Sequence record: NC_101840.1
Strand: one strand, 5' to 3'
Length of the DNA: 49,798 bases
Origin: a phage
The notes beneath the pieces were generated by a model. That model was not told the DNA's origin. It saw only the letters and a program-made list of their open reading frames with translations, and ran no database searches. Position numbers and translations under genes: made by a program. This document shows, piece after piece, positions 36,257-44,865 of this stretch. Position 1 is the first letter of the stretch. Each line of letters opens with the position of its first letter.

Positions 36257-36747
36257 TGAGCATAAAGAACAGGGTAGCGGCTGCGGCCTTTGGCGTTGCG
36301 GTTGCCTTGACTTCTCCACTTCTTGAAGAGATCGAAGGGGTAAGATACAAGCCATACAAAGATATTGCTGGAGTATGGACGGTTTGCGCAGGAATCACCG
36401 GACCAGATGTTATCCTGGGGAAAACGTACACTAAAAAAGAGTGTGATGCTTTGTTGGCTAAACATATCCAGGTTGCTAAAAAAGAAGTTGACAAGCAAGT
36501 TAAGGTTGACATTCCTGATAGTATGCGTGCAGCAATGTACTCATTCACTTACAATGCAGGTGTGGGAGCTTTCAGAAATTCAACAATGCTGAAACTCATA
36601 AACCAGGGGAAATTAAACGAGGCTTGCGATCAGCTTTATCGTTGGGCTTATTACCATAACCCAAAAACAGGAAAGCGCGAGAAGTCTAAAGGCTTACTTA
36701 ACAGGCGCAAGGTCGAATACAAATATTGCACAATGGATCTGAAATGA
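36256..36747 (+). CDS. SAR endolysin (lysozyme-like glycosidase with signal-anchor-release domain)
   Basis: N-terminal hydrophobic Ala/Gly-rich SAR segment; catalytic E-8aa-D-5aa-T spacing ([19 protein letters not shown]). Confidence 0.8.
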   Translation: MSIKNRVAAAAFGVAVALTSPLLEEIEGVRYKPYKDIAGVWTVCAGITGPDVILGKTYTKKECDALLAKHIQVAKKEVDKQVKVDIPDSMRAAMYSFTYNAGVGAFRNSTMLKLINQGKLNEACDQLYRWAYYHNPKTGKREKSKGLLNRRKVEYKYCTMDLK

Positions 36748-37139
36748 TGAAGAATTTTTTACTTACACCAATCGCAATGGCGGTGATCTTGTCTGGATGT
36801 TCAAGCGTTACGCCACTGACCGGATTAATCGGCAGTAAGCCGGAAATCACAGCACAGGCTGGATCGGAGAACGTGAAGCAGACAGTTGGCATTACAGCAA
36901 AGCAGGACGCCAGCACAAAACAGGAAACCACAATAAAGGAATCTGCGGTTGACAAGGTGGACACGTCCAGCAAGAAGGATTTCACAACATCAACCATTCA
37001 GGCCAATACCATCAAGGCAGACAAAATTCATGTCGTGCAGGGTAATAACGGTAGATGGTACGATCCAGTAATCATATGCGTGGTTGTGTTAATTGTGCTG
37101 ATTTGTCTTTACTGGAGAGAAAAGAAAAAGGAGGCTTAA
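36744..37139 (+). CDS. unimolecular spanin (u-spanin)
   Basis: N-terminal lipoprotein signal with lipobox ILSGC and C-terminal transmembrane helix in one chain, after endolysin. Confidence 0.65.
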   Translation: MMKNFLLTPIAMAVILSGCSSVTPLTGLIGSKPEITAQAGSENVKQTVGITAKQDASTKQETTIKESAVDKVDTSSKKDFTTSTIQANTIKADKIHVVQGNNGRWYDPVIICVVVLIVLICLYWREKKKEA

Positions 37140-37157
37140 TGCCTCCTTTATTTTTAT
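37130..37157 (+). terminator. rho-independent terminator of lysis operon
   Basis: GGAGGC-TTAAT-GCCTCC hairpin followed by T-rich tract. Confidence 0.5.
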
Positions 37158-37378
37158 GCGTCGGGCCACATATGAGTTTCGTTTGTTGGCTTGTTCGATT
37201 CGTCGTACTGCCTTACTTCAATGCTGCAAGTGTCGCCGTACATTTCTGCAATCTTGCGCTCATTTTCAACCGCCGATTGCTCACTCCAGCCTGAATCCTT
37301 ATCGTAAACTGTCGGGATTTCAGAAGAAGATCCATTTGCATGATTGTATACGCGAACTACTAAAAACTTGCTGGACAT
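37154..37378 (-). CDS. hypothetical protein (74 aa)
   Basis: internal ATG of track ORF 37154..37429 with AAAAGGAAAAA RBS. Confidence 0.4.
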   Translation of the reverse strand: MSSKFLVVRVYNHANGSSSEIPTVYDKDSGWSEQSAVENERKIAEMYGDTCSIEVRQYDESNKPTNETHMWPDA

Positions 37379-37439
37379 AATTTTTCCTTTTTGGTTGGTT
37401 CGTTTCGATGAAACAAATATACCCGACACAAGGTCGGGA

Positions 37440-37460
37440 GTTTTAACAAAAAATGCTATT
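37440..37460 (-). promoter_or_regulatory. conserved junction box, sense to leftward gene
   Basis: on minus strand: AATAGCATTTTTTGTTAAAAC, hairpin CCCGACC...GGTCGGG, TATATT, leader TTCATCGAAACGAAC. Confidence 0.55.
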
Positions 37461-37576
37461 CCATACGCTTTACTGTAACCAATAACACACCATCATCATT
37501 GCATAAAACGTGTTCAGTGGTGCTAAAAGCTCGCATATCTGAATAAAGTAGCGTAAGTAAAGCATGAATAAAATCA

Positions 37577-37972
37577 TCATGTGATATTGAATTTACGGCG
37601 CAGTGCTTCAAGATCTTGTCTATTAGCTTTTGCCTGGAACAATTCATCATCGCCCATCTCCCCTATTCTAGCCATATCCCTGATCCAGTCGTTGCGCATA
37701 CCATCCAGGCTATACAATTCGAATCCGAAAGGCCGCTTTGACGATCCTTTGGACCAGTATTTTCCGCAGACTCCATCTATATAACCAGCCGTCATCATTC
37801 TTGCGCAAAATTCCTTAGATGCAAGGCTGGCGAACATTCGCGGCGTAAGTCCGGCGGCCCGTGCGAGCCGCTCACATTCTCTATGCTGATAGATAAATTT
37901 GGCTATGTGCTGCCTGTTAAACCAATCGTATGACTCACACCATTTATACAGATCAAGCAAAAACATAATCAT
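37577..37972 (-). CDS. hypothetical protein (131 aa)
   Basis: track ORF; start overlaps stop of upstream ATPase gene. Confidence 0.45.
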   Translation of the reverse strand: MIMFLLDLYKWCESYDWFNRQHIAKFIYQHRECERLARAAGLTPRMFASLASKEFCARMMTAGYIDGVCGKYWSKGSSKRPFGFELYSLDGMRNDWIRDMARIGEMGDDELFQAKANRQDLEALRRKFNIT

Positions 37973-39549
37973 CCCAGCAGTATTGGATTGACAAAAATAA
38001 CACCATTAATCACACAAACATAATTTCTTTCTTCCAGCATTGGCAGTAAGTGCCCTTCTATCCTTTTCATTACGCCAGCCTGACCAACGAAAGGTTTTAC
38101 CTTTCTCGCTGATTCGTACAGGGCGCGGATATTCAGAATCCCTTTATTAGCCTTGCCGTGCCTCGTGATCAATTCAATCAATTTACCCATTTCAGCATCA
38201 TCACCAGCATAACCAGAAGCATTGGCGGCGCTAATGTATGTTTTGCTCAATTCCTGAAACATGATCAACGCCTCTTGCATTGTTTCCACGTCGATCTCTT
38301 TCGACTTCTGCGGGTATCCGGCAGGATTAAACCAGTTACGGATAACATGCAGGACGGAAGCAAGCCTGATCACCTGTTTATCCATTTTACCCAGCGCACC
38401 GCGTAACATTGTATGAGAATACTTTCCTCCGTCTGCAAGATGCGGTTCCATATCCTGGCGAGCAATGTTGAGCACTCGCATAGCTGAACGGCTTATTTTC
38501 AGCGATATATTTGATTCGCTCATGATGTTATGCACCAATTGATAATATTGGGCTTTCAATTCAGAATCCACCGCCTCATAGGTAGAATCACCATTTTCAT
38601 CAATGAATGAGCGACGGCCTAAGAATGATTCCTCTCGGACCAACAAAAAACGCTCACTAACACCGATGCCTCGCGATCCAGCGTCCATGATTCCGCTTAT
38701 CGTTTCATCCTGGGCTATGACGCTCATACATCCAAGCGCGCGAAAACTCATATTATTGTCAGCATTAGCACGGGCAATTGATACGTGACCATTATCCCAC
38801 GCCTTAAGCACTAACTCACTGTTAGTCTTCCTTTCGCTATTTGCATAGGTCAAGCCTAACAGACTGTTAATACTTGTTGCTTCATCAGATATTACGGCAA
38901 AGTTACCTTGCTTGTTGTTGATTTTCGCCAAGCCTTCTGGAGTTGTATCTGAAACAGGAAAAGTTATATCACACATTTTTTCCAGCTTTTCCTCCAGATC
39001 CTCTTTTTCCTGGTATAGAGATTCCATATCAGCGCCGGATCTTTCGCTTTTCATCTCCTTTGCAAGACCTGCCAGCTTTGCCTGTATTTTCTTTCTTTCC
39101 TTGCGGCGTTGCTCGTTGATCTTCTCAACTTCCGCAATCATCGGAGCAATAGCCATGCTGTTGATCGCAGATTTACCAGTTGACGGCGGCTGGCTTGTAA
39201 CGACGTAAAGCGCAGTCGGCTGATCGGTTCCGTGATAGTCAACCGTAAAGCGTCCAAGCATAGCGGCAGAAATGCAGCCGATAAAGTGCATGTAAGCCGA
39301 TGATTCAGGGAATTGAACGGATCGCGCAATGCTGCGTGATAACTTGCCGACAACATCAATATCATTACCAAGAGAAATAACGGGGTAGCGATCGTGACCG
39401 CTATTCACATCCTTTACGTCGCCCCAAAAGCTGGACGACTGGCGATAGCCGTTAGCCTGAATTGATACGCGAACTGGCGAAAGGTTCTGGCTTTCAGCCA
39501 TAGCGATTATTTGTTGTGGAGTTAATTTGTTCGTTTCTAATGAAAACAT
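37969..39549 (-). CDS. P-loop NTPase, SF3-helicase-like (526 aa)
   Basis: Walker A variant QPPSTGKS and Walker B-like VISDEAT; AAAGGAG RBS. Confidence 0.55.
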   Translation of the reverse strand: MFSLETNKLTPQQIIAMAESQNLSPVRVSIQANGYRQSSSFWGDVKDVNSGHDRYPVISLGNDIDVVGKLSRSIARSVQFPESSAYMHFIGCISAAMLGRFTVDYHGTDQPTALYVVTSQPPSTGKSAINSMAIAPMIAEVEKINEQRRKERKKIQAKLAGLAKEMKSERSGADMESLYQEKEDLEEKLEKMCDITFPVSDTTPEGLAKINNKQGNFAVISDEATSINSLLGLTYANSERKTNSELVLKAWDNGHVSIARANADNNMSFRALGCMSVIAQDETISGIMDAGSRGIGVSERFLLVREESFLGRRSFIDENGDSTYEAVDSELKAQYYQLVHNIMSESNISLKISRSAMRVLNIARQDMEPHLADGGKYSHTMLRGALGKMDKQVIRLASVLHVIRNWFNPAGYPQKSKEIDVETMQEALIMFQELSKTYISAANASGYAGDDAEMGKLIELITRHGKANKGILNIRALYESARKVKPFVGQAGVMKRIEGHLLPMLEERNYVCVINGVIFVNPILLG

Positions 39550-39601
39550 TCGTTAGCTTCTCCTTTGTGGGCCGTAAATTTTAACGGCCCAATACTACCC
39601 C

Positions 39602-39623
39602 GTTTTGTCAAAAAGTGCTATTT
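39602..39623 (-). promoter_or_regulatory. conserved junction box (TTGACA variant), sense to leftward ATPase gene
   Basis: on minus strand: AAATAGCACTTTTTGACAAAAC; TAG is stop of upstream gene; hairpin GGGCCGTTAAAATTTACGGCCC follows. Confidence 0.55.
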
Positions 39624-39839
39624 GATCCGCTCTATTGCAACCAGAAGTCGATCAGGCTGGCGGTCGCTGTAGCATTCTCCTGTAATCCCATCCTTAAACG
39701 TAAAGTAAAGCGCCTTATGATATGAAAAACCAATCAGCCAACCTACCGCCGTTTTTTTGATGGGCCTGACTATATCGCCAGGCTTGAAAGTCTTTGTGGT
39801 AGAATGCGTTACTTTGTAACGGTTTTCACTGTTTATCAC
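39618..39839 (-). CDS. hypothetical protein (73 aa)
   Basis: track ORF, coupled to upstream gene. Confidence 0.4.
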   Translation of the reverse strand: MINSENRYKVTHSTTKTFKPGDIVRPIKKTAVGWLIGFSYHKALYFTFKDGITGECYSDRQPDRLLVAIERIK

Positions 39840-40222
39840 AGATATTTGCCCTCAAACAGACAACAGCCGCCAGCAGAGAATCCGACCTCTTCACGGTACA
39901 GGTTCCAGCGGTCGCCGCACTCATCAAAAACATAACCCGCAACGCTTCCAAGCGGTCGCCCTTTCTCGATCTGGTATCGCTTGCCCTGCTTAAAGTGCTT
40001 TTTGCACGGCATGTTATGATCTACAAACGTGCAAAGAACGGTCTTTGTGTTAATGGCGCGGTAATCATCTCGGTTTGCTGGAAGCCAACGGCTACCCTTA
40101 ACAAGCGTCTTAACCTGGAACTCTTCCACCTCGATCACATCATTACTTCCTGCAATCTTCTGATAAACCGTTTTAAAACGGCCTTTCATCAATACGTTGG
40201 TTTCATTACAGATAACATTCAT
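39836..40222 (-). CDS. hypothetical protein (128 aa)
   Basis: track ORF; AAAGGAG RBS. Confidence 0.45.
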   Translation of the reverse strand: MNVICNETNVLMKGRFKTVYQKIAGSNDVIEVEEFQVKTLVKGSRWLPANRDDYRAINTKTVLCTFVDHNMPCKKHFKQGKRYQIEKGRPLGSVAGYVFDECGDRWNLYREEVGFSAGGCCLFEGKYL

Positions 40223-40275
40223 GATTAGATCTCCTTTGTTTGTTCGATGTGATTATGCCAGGTTTTTACACCTGG

Positions 40276-40297
40276 CTTTTAACAAAAAGTGCTATTT
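40276..40297 (-). promoter_or_regulatory. conserved junction box, sense to leftward genes
   Basis: on minus strand: AAAATAGCACTTTTTGTTAAAAG; TAG is stop of methyltransferase-like gene; hairpin GCCAGGTG...CCTGGC and CATAAT follow. Confidence 0.55.
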
Positions 40298-41002
40298 TGA
40301 GTTTGACTCAAAGACTGCGCGAGCAAAGCCGCGCGGAGTGAGGGAGCGGATCATCTTTGTGCGCGATGACTTGCCGCCAGTTTTGGCCCAGCCTGGATTA
40401 TCTTTGTCTTCCTCTTTCGGCAGGATTAAAGCGCGTGGAGGAATAACAAAGCCGTTGCCAGTCCAGAGGCACGTTTTCTTAAAATAGCGATCACGCGCAG
40501 GAATAATATCAGGGAAGTCGGGATGTTTATCATCTTCCGGCAGATAGCCAGCGTAATCGCACGGATGGAACGTATAATCAGGCTTACGCCATAACGTTGA
40601 CAACTTGCCAACCGGATTTTCGATCATGTAAGGAACACCGAAATAATCAGCTATATCAGCCGCGATTCTGCAAGTGTCGGCGGCCTCATCCTGGAACGAT
40701 GGATTCTCAAGGCGTTTTTTGGCCCAATGGCGAGATCCGCTATTTGCAAGGTCGGTGCACGGCGGAAATGCCATAATAAAATCAGGATTGCCCCACTCAT
40801 TATTGATTGCCTTAACATAAAAAGCATCGTCAATCCAGACGTTAACGTATTCGATATTCTCATGCTGTATGCGCACTGACTGGTAATCACCGTGATCGCC
40901 ACCGTCAGCATTAAAGCAAATGCACTTATATCCATTATCAGCCCAATCTTTAACGGCTTTACCAGATCCATCAAATAGGGAGAATATTAAACCTTTATAC
41001 AT
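40292..41002 (-). CDS. compact DNA cytosine-5 methyltransferase-like protein (about 236 aa)
   Basis: motif I-like LFDGSG, PC-motif FPPCTDLANSG, ENV-like IENPVG, LTPRG near C-terminus; start at second ATG with GAGGT RBS (track 40292..41071). Confidence 0.5.
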   Translation of the reverse strand: MYKGLIFSLFDGSGKAVKDWADNGYKCICFNADGGDHGDYQSVRIQHENIEYVNVWIDDAFYVKAINNEWGNPDFIMAFPPCTDLANSGSRHWAKKRLENPSFQDEAADTCRIAADIADYFGVPYMIENPVGKLSTLWRKPDYTFHPCDYAGYLPEDDKHPDFPDIIPARDRYFKKTCLWTGNGFVIPPRALILPKEEDKDNPGWAKTGGKSSRTKMIRSLTPRGFARAVFESNSK

Positions 41003-41012
41003 CGTCATTACC

Positions 41013-41237
41013 TCAAAACGGAAAACAGCGCGGACAACCAGGATCGAAATCGCATCCACAATCATTAACAATCATAGTGGGATCTGCAAATATTGCGCTT
41101 GATTCAAGATCCATATCCATATCACCTAAAGCCTCATCAAGAGTCTTAATTTTATATGCCACTTCAAGCGCCGCCTCTTTATTTAGTCCGGCATCTTCTG
41201 CCATTTGAAGGCGCTCAAAAAATCCGTCTTGACTCAT
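41013..41237 (-). CDS. hypothetical acidic protein with C-terminal Cys cluster (74 aa)
   Basis: track ORF; CGCDFDPGCPRC motif. Confidence 0.45.
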   Translation of the reverse strand: MSQDGFFERLQMAEDAGLNKEAALEVAYKIKTLDEALGDMDMDLESSAIFADPTMIVNDCGCDFDPGCPRCFPF

Positions 41238-41350
41238 CGCATAATCCCCTTAATAACAGCCAAGATAATAGCCAGGCCAGCAGTAGTAACCAAAAAGCCA
41301 ACCGCGCCAATAATCGAATAAAAAAAGAAATCAATAGCCTTATCTATCAT
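41234..41350 (-). CDS. small hydrophobic membrane peptide (38 aa)
   Basis: ATG with GAGGTGG RBS; single predicted TM helix; ATGA overlap with next gene; below ORF-track size cutoff. Confidence 0.3.
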   Translation of the reverse strand: MIDKAIDFFFYSIIGAVGFLVTTAGLAIILAVIKGIMR

Positions 41351-41391
41351 TTCCACCTCATTTAAAAGGCGGCAAAACGCCGCCATATTAA

Positions 41392-41619
41392 TTAAAGAGC
41401 ACGCCAACTTTGAATATAGAAAGCGTTTTCTTCCAGTAATTCTTTTAACTGATCTTTATTGTATTTGCGCACCTTACCGCCTGGATTGATACCAATAAGA
41501 TAGCCGCCTTTGCCCTCGGTGATAGTGATTTGGCTAATTCCACAAGACTTATCAAGTTTTACAGCCACGCGGTGATGAGCGTCAATAGTTGACATAATGT
41601 TTAAAACTTTTGCTTTCAT
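41392..41619 (-). CDS. hypothetical protein (75 aa)
   Basis: track ORF; GAGGA RBS. Confidence 0.45.
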   Translation of the reverse strand: MKAKVLNIMSTIDAHHRVAVKLDKSCGISQITITEGKGGYLIGINPGGKVRKYNKDQLKELLEENAFYIQSWRAL

Positions 41620-41727
41620 TTAAATATCCTCAATTGAAATATGAATGGCGTCGTGCTCTTTTTCCGTCGCCGCCGTAATGGTCATTTGCAACCGCTACCA
41701 TCCAGGCATTTTTGAAAATAAATAGCC

Positions 41728-41940
41728 TCATTTCTTATTTTTCATCTTAAATTTATGGCCTGGAACACCAGCACCAATATAGCCATCGTTGTATTCCATT
41801 AAATAAAGGTGAAGGCCATTATCTGAAATTACATGAGGATCTTCTTTGAGATTTCCCATTAGCGGGTATTCTTTTCCGCGCGTAAATCTCCAAGTTGAGT
41901 CATAAGTTTCTACGCATTTAAGTTTTAATTGCTTTGCCAT
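41728..41940 (-). CDS. hypothetical protein (70 aa)
   Basis: track ORF; coupled to upstream gene. Confidence 0.45.
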   Translation of the reverse strand: MAKQLKLKCVETYDSTWRFTRGKEYPLMGNLKEDPHVISDNGLHLYLMEYNDGYIGAGVPGHKFKMKNKK

Positions 41941-42137
41941 TAGATGATCTCCATGTATGTTTCAAAGCCATTTAACTTGAACAGGCCGTTTTCACATTTG
42001 CGAACGTTCCAAGTTAGCCCTGAGTGGTACGCCTCCATATCATCAAGGTCAATGGTGATTTCAGCACCTTTCTTAAACAAACCTTTTTCGTGAGACTTGT
42101 CGCGCTTAACAACTTTAACATCAACCTGATTTTCCAT
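41940..42137 (-). CDS. hypothetical protein (65 aa)
   Basis: track ORF; GAGGA RBS. Confidence 0.45.
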   Translation of the reverse strand: MENQVDVKVVKRDKSHEKGLFKKGAEITIDLDDMEAYHSGLTWNVRKCENGLFKLNGFETYMEII

Positions 42138-42192
42138 CTTTAAATCCTCGTTTGTTGTCGATGCGCTTACTATACCAATCAGCAGCGCATCT

Positions 42193-42214
42193 TTTTTAAC
42201 AAAAAGTGCTATTT
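42193..42214 (-). promoter_or_regulatory. conserved junction box, sense to leftward genes
   Basis: on minus strand: AAATAGCACTTTTTGTTAAAAAA preceded by TAA stop; hairpin GATGCGCT...AGCGCATC with TATAGT in loop. Confidence 0.55.
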
Positions 42215-42476
42215 AGTCCAGAAATTCGATTTCACGATCTCCAGTTAACGGATTTACAAGCCAGAATCCGAGCGGTTCGCCGTGAACACCGCCATAGAAT
42301 CCAAGTGCCGTCAGATCTTCACCTTTAACGAATACCAGATTTCCGCTACGGCTTACGTGAGACACGTTAACGATAACCGGAAATGTGCGATCCTTAAATG
42401 CAGGCCGCAGGGCGTAACACCCGTTATTGAGCAAACGTGCTTTGCGCTTAACTGGAATAGGTGCATTAATTTTCAT
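42213..42476 (-). CDS. hypothetical protein (87 aa)
   Basis: track ORF. Confidence 0.45.
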   Translation of the reverse strand: MKINAPIPVKRKARLLNNGCYALRPAFKDRTFPVIVNVSHVSRSGNLVFVKGEDLTALGFYGGVHGEPLGFWLVNPLTGDREIEFLD

Positions 42477-42488
42477 GGTTATTACTCC

Positions 42489-42701
42489 TTATCGTAAAGA
42501 TTTAAAGACGTATAGTTTATTGCGGTAACTATATATCCGCATTGTTATTTCTCGCAGTGCAATATATTCCTTCCTGTTTTCCGGCAGACTGGCGAGCAAC
42601 AACAGGCAGTATTTATAAGCGCGGTCAAGATTCCTTTCCGTGCCCCTGCAATATCCCTTATTGCGCCTGGAGCGGTACAGCCATAACAATTTCTTGAACA
42701 T
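42489..42701 (-). CDS. hypothetical basic protein (about 70 aa); start uncertain
   Basis: internal ATG of track ORF 42489..42791 chosen to avoid overlap with upstream gene. Confidence 0.3.
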   Translation of the reverse strand: MFKKLLWLYRSRRNKGYCRGTERNLDRAYKYCLLLLASLPENRKEYIALREITMRIYSYRNKLYVFKSLR

Positions 42702-42702
42702 T

Positions 42703-42912
42703 TCAGATACGCCCATACAGATCGCAAACTTCGTTGATAAAACAGCGTTGAGAATCTTTATCCTGCTTCTCAAACATCGCACGGCACTCATAGCGGTGAT
42801 TATGTACGATGACTACAACCATATTTTCAGGTGCTGACGGGTGACGCGCGGAAGCGTCGCAGATTGAAACATCCATACCCATCTCATGTGCTTTCTTGAT
42901 CACATCCAACAT
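42703..42912 (-). CDS. hypothetical protein (about 69 aa); start uncertain
   Basis: internal ATG of track ORF 42703..42936. Confidence 0.3.
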   Translation of the reverse strand: MLDVIKKAHEMGMDVSICDASARHPSAPENMVVVIVHNHRYECRAMFEKQDKDSQRCFINEVCDLYGRI

Positions 42913-43166
42913 TTTTTCTTCTCCTGCAATAAGCAAACATCATTGATAAAATCAGCACGGCCCTTAATGTTGCTGATGTGGAACGTCTTTTCAGCGTACA
43001 GGCCATCACCTTCAATCACGATCATTACGCGAGTCGGTTTATTCACGGGCGCACACGAAAAGAGTGGTCGCGCCGGAAGAAATTTAGTGGTCACATCCAG
43101 GTTAGCCCTGGCGGCCCTGCAAAATGCCTCCGCCAGATCCAAATCATTTTCGGTAATCACCGCCAT
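42900..43166 (-). CDS. hypothetical protein (88 aa)
   Basis: track ORF. Confidence 0.35.
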   Translation of the reverse strand: MAVITENDLDLAEAFCRAARANLDVTTKFLPARPLFSCAPVNKPTRVMIVIEGDGLYAEKTFHISNIKGRADFINDVCLLQEKKKCWM

Positions 43167-43438
43167 TACTTTTTGATCTCCTTACTGATAAATTTCAGCA
43201 CCTGGCGCAAGAAAACTTCGTTGTTGATAGTCGCTGGCAATTCTTCTTTCACTTCTTGCGGCAGATAGATATTGCCGTGCCAGGTCAAGCAATCGTAGTT
43301 GATACGATAAGAGCAAAGCCACTCGCAATCGTTATCTGCTTCCCAAATGCAGAGTTGCAGAACATCGCCAAAATCTTCAACAGTCAGTTCCAGACCGTGA
43401 CGCTTAGCGAAATTGAAAGTGGTTTTGCTGATGTTCAT
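43166..43438 (-). CDS. hypothetical protein (90 aa), first gene of leftward early operon
   Basis: AGGAGATAGTAA RBS; preceded by box, TACATT hexamer and conserved leader CATCGAAACGAAC. Confidence 0.5.
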   Translation of the reverse strand: MNISKTTFNFAKRHGLELTVEDFGDVLQLCIWEADNDCEWLCSYRINYDCLTWHGNIYLPQEVKEELPATINNEVFLRQVLKFISKEIKK

Positions 43439-43497
43439 TTACTATCTCCTGAGCGGTTCGTTTCGATGTGTGTAATGTACCCGATCAGGTGGCATGA

Positions 43498-43519
43498 GTT
43501 TTAACAAAAAGTGCTATTT
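43498..43519 (-). promoter_or_regulatory. conserved junction box heading the leftward early operon
   Basis: on minus strand: AAATAGCACTTTTTGTTAAAAC. Confidence 0.55.
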
Positions 43520-44072
43520 GACAGTTAGCACCAGGATTGTGATCGAAATAATCAAAAGTAATCATTCGTAATCAAATCTCATCAAAATGATGATTGCCTT
43601 TGCAAATTTGATGAGAAAAGTAATCACGTTTAATCATTGGTTGCAGGGGAGATAGTGAAACCTTCCCCTCTTGCCTCACTTTTCCGCCTGGCTGTCAGCG
43701 GTTGTTGTCTTTTGTTCACCCCTGTTACCGATTTCAGGCGGCGTGTTTCCGCGCGGTTTTCCGGTGTAGCGAAAACGAAAAAAACAAAAAAATCCCTCTA
43801 TAATACATTGAAAATAAAGATTATTTATTTATATATATCTATAATGTTTTCTTTTTGTTCTCACTGTTACAGTGCTTTTTGTTGGGTGTGGTGTGGTTGT
43901 GTGTTGGTATATATGGATAGTTGCGCGCGCGGCGGATTGCATATGTATATATACTTTTTCCGGCGGATTGCGTTAACAGCGTGAACAGAAAAATAACAGC
44001 CCTGAAATCAATAACTTGCGCATGATTTTGTAGTTTTTTGATATTGGTAACGTTTTGAATACAACAAAAACA

Positions 44073-44100
44073 TTGACACGCACCAAATAGCTTTTATAAT
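44073..44100 (+). promoter_or_regulatory. consensus sigma70 promoter (TTGACA-N16-TATAAT) for rightward early operon
   Basis: perfect -35 and -10 hexamers about 30 nt upstream of ATG 44132. Confidence 0.6.
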
Positions 44101-44131
44101 GCGCCAACAGTCAACAACTGGAGGAAAGGAA

Positions 44132-44596
44132 ATGGAACAGAAGACCACTAAGGACTATTGCGATTGGCTTCGCGAGCTTGGTCGCCGCCTGGCTAGTGGC
44201 GATATTGAAGAGTATAAAATGTCACTAATTGACCTGGCCGGAATGTTAAGCGGTGACGACTGCTACAAGATCACGCGCAGTTCATCCTACAGCCGGACCA
44301 TTATCAACCGCGTTCCAGAAGTAAGGGCCGCAGGTCGGGTAAGCATCAAGGTAGAGGAAACGGAAGATGATAAATTTTACGTTTTCCGCATGGTCCGCGA
44401 ATCGAAAAGGAAAATCATCACACCCGAAGAATTGCCAGCCATCAAGGCGAGGGCGATCAAAAAGTTTGCCGATCGCTTACTGGCAGCAATCCCGAATATC
44501 GTTGACCTGGAAGGGGATAAACTGGCTGGGGCTTGCGAGGGCGTAAGCCGCTACCAGGATATGATCCGCGAAATCATCAAAGAGGAAGAGCAATGA
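44132..44596 (+). CDS. hypothetical early protein (154 aa)
   Basis: internal ATG of track ORF 44099 with GGAGGAAAGGAA RBS. Confidence 0.5.
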   Translation: MEQKTTKDYCDWLRELGRRLASGDIEEYKMSLIDLAGMLSGDDCYKITRSSSYSRTIINRVPEVRAAGRVSIKVEETEDDKFYVFRMVRESKRKIITPEELPAIKARAIKKFADRLLAAIPNIVDLEGDKLAGACEGVSRYQDMIREIIKEEEQ

Positions 44597-44865
44597 AAAA
44601 GGCATTAATCAGCGTTTTGGCGGCAATGGCATTCCTGACCGGATGTAAAGAAGATGGCGCGCATGTTGGCAATGTGCAGATGGCTAACCCTGGCGATGAC
44701 TACAGCGTAAGGGAGCTATTCACCGCTGACGGTTGCACCGTTTACCGATTCTATGACGATCGCACTGTTTACTTCACCAACTGTAAGGGAACGACTAGCT
44801 GGGAAGTGTCGAAAAGCAATGGCAAAGGCACGAAGACAGAACATATGACCGTCGAGACAAAATAG
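44593..44865 (+). CDS. lipoprotein (90 aa), second candidate superinfection-exclusion protein
   Basis: signal peptide with lipobox LTGC; ATGA overlap with upstream gene (track 44533 uses upstream start). Confidence 0.55.
   Translation: MKKALISVLAAMAFLTGCKEDGAHVGNVQMANPGDDYSVRELFTADGCTVYRFYDDRTVYFTNCKGTTSWEVSKSNGKGTKTEHMTVETK

Noticed and set aside
42545-43268. Overlapping alternative-frame track ORFs (42545-42727 minus, 42640-42837 plus, 42886-43176 plus, 42978-43268 plus) in the leftward early block
   Set aside because: They conflict with a consistent leftward series of coupled genes and lack start signals; the leftward genes fit the box, hairpin, RBS organisation.
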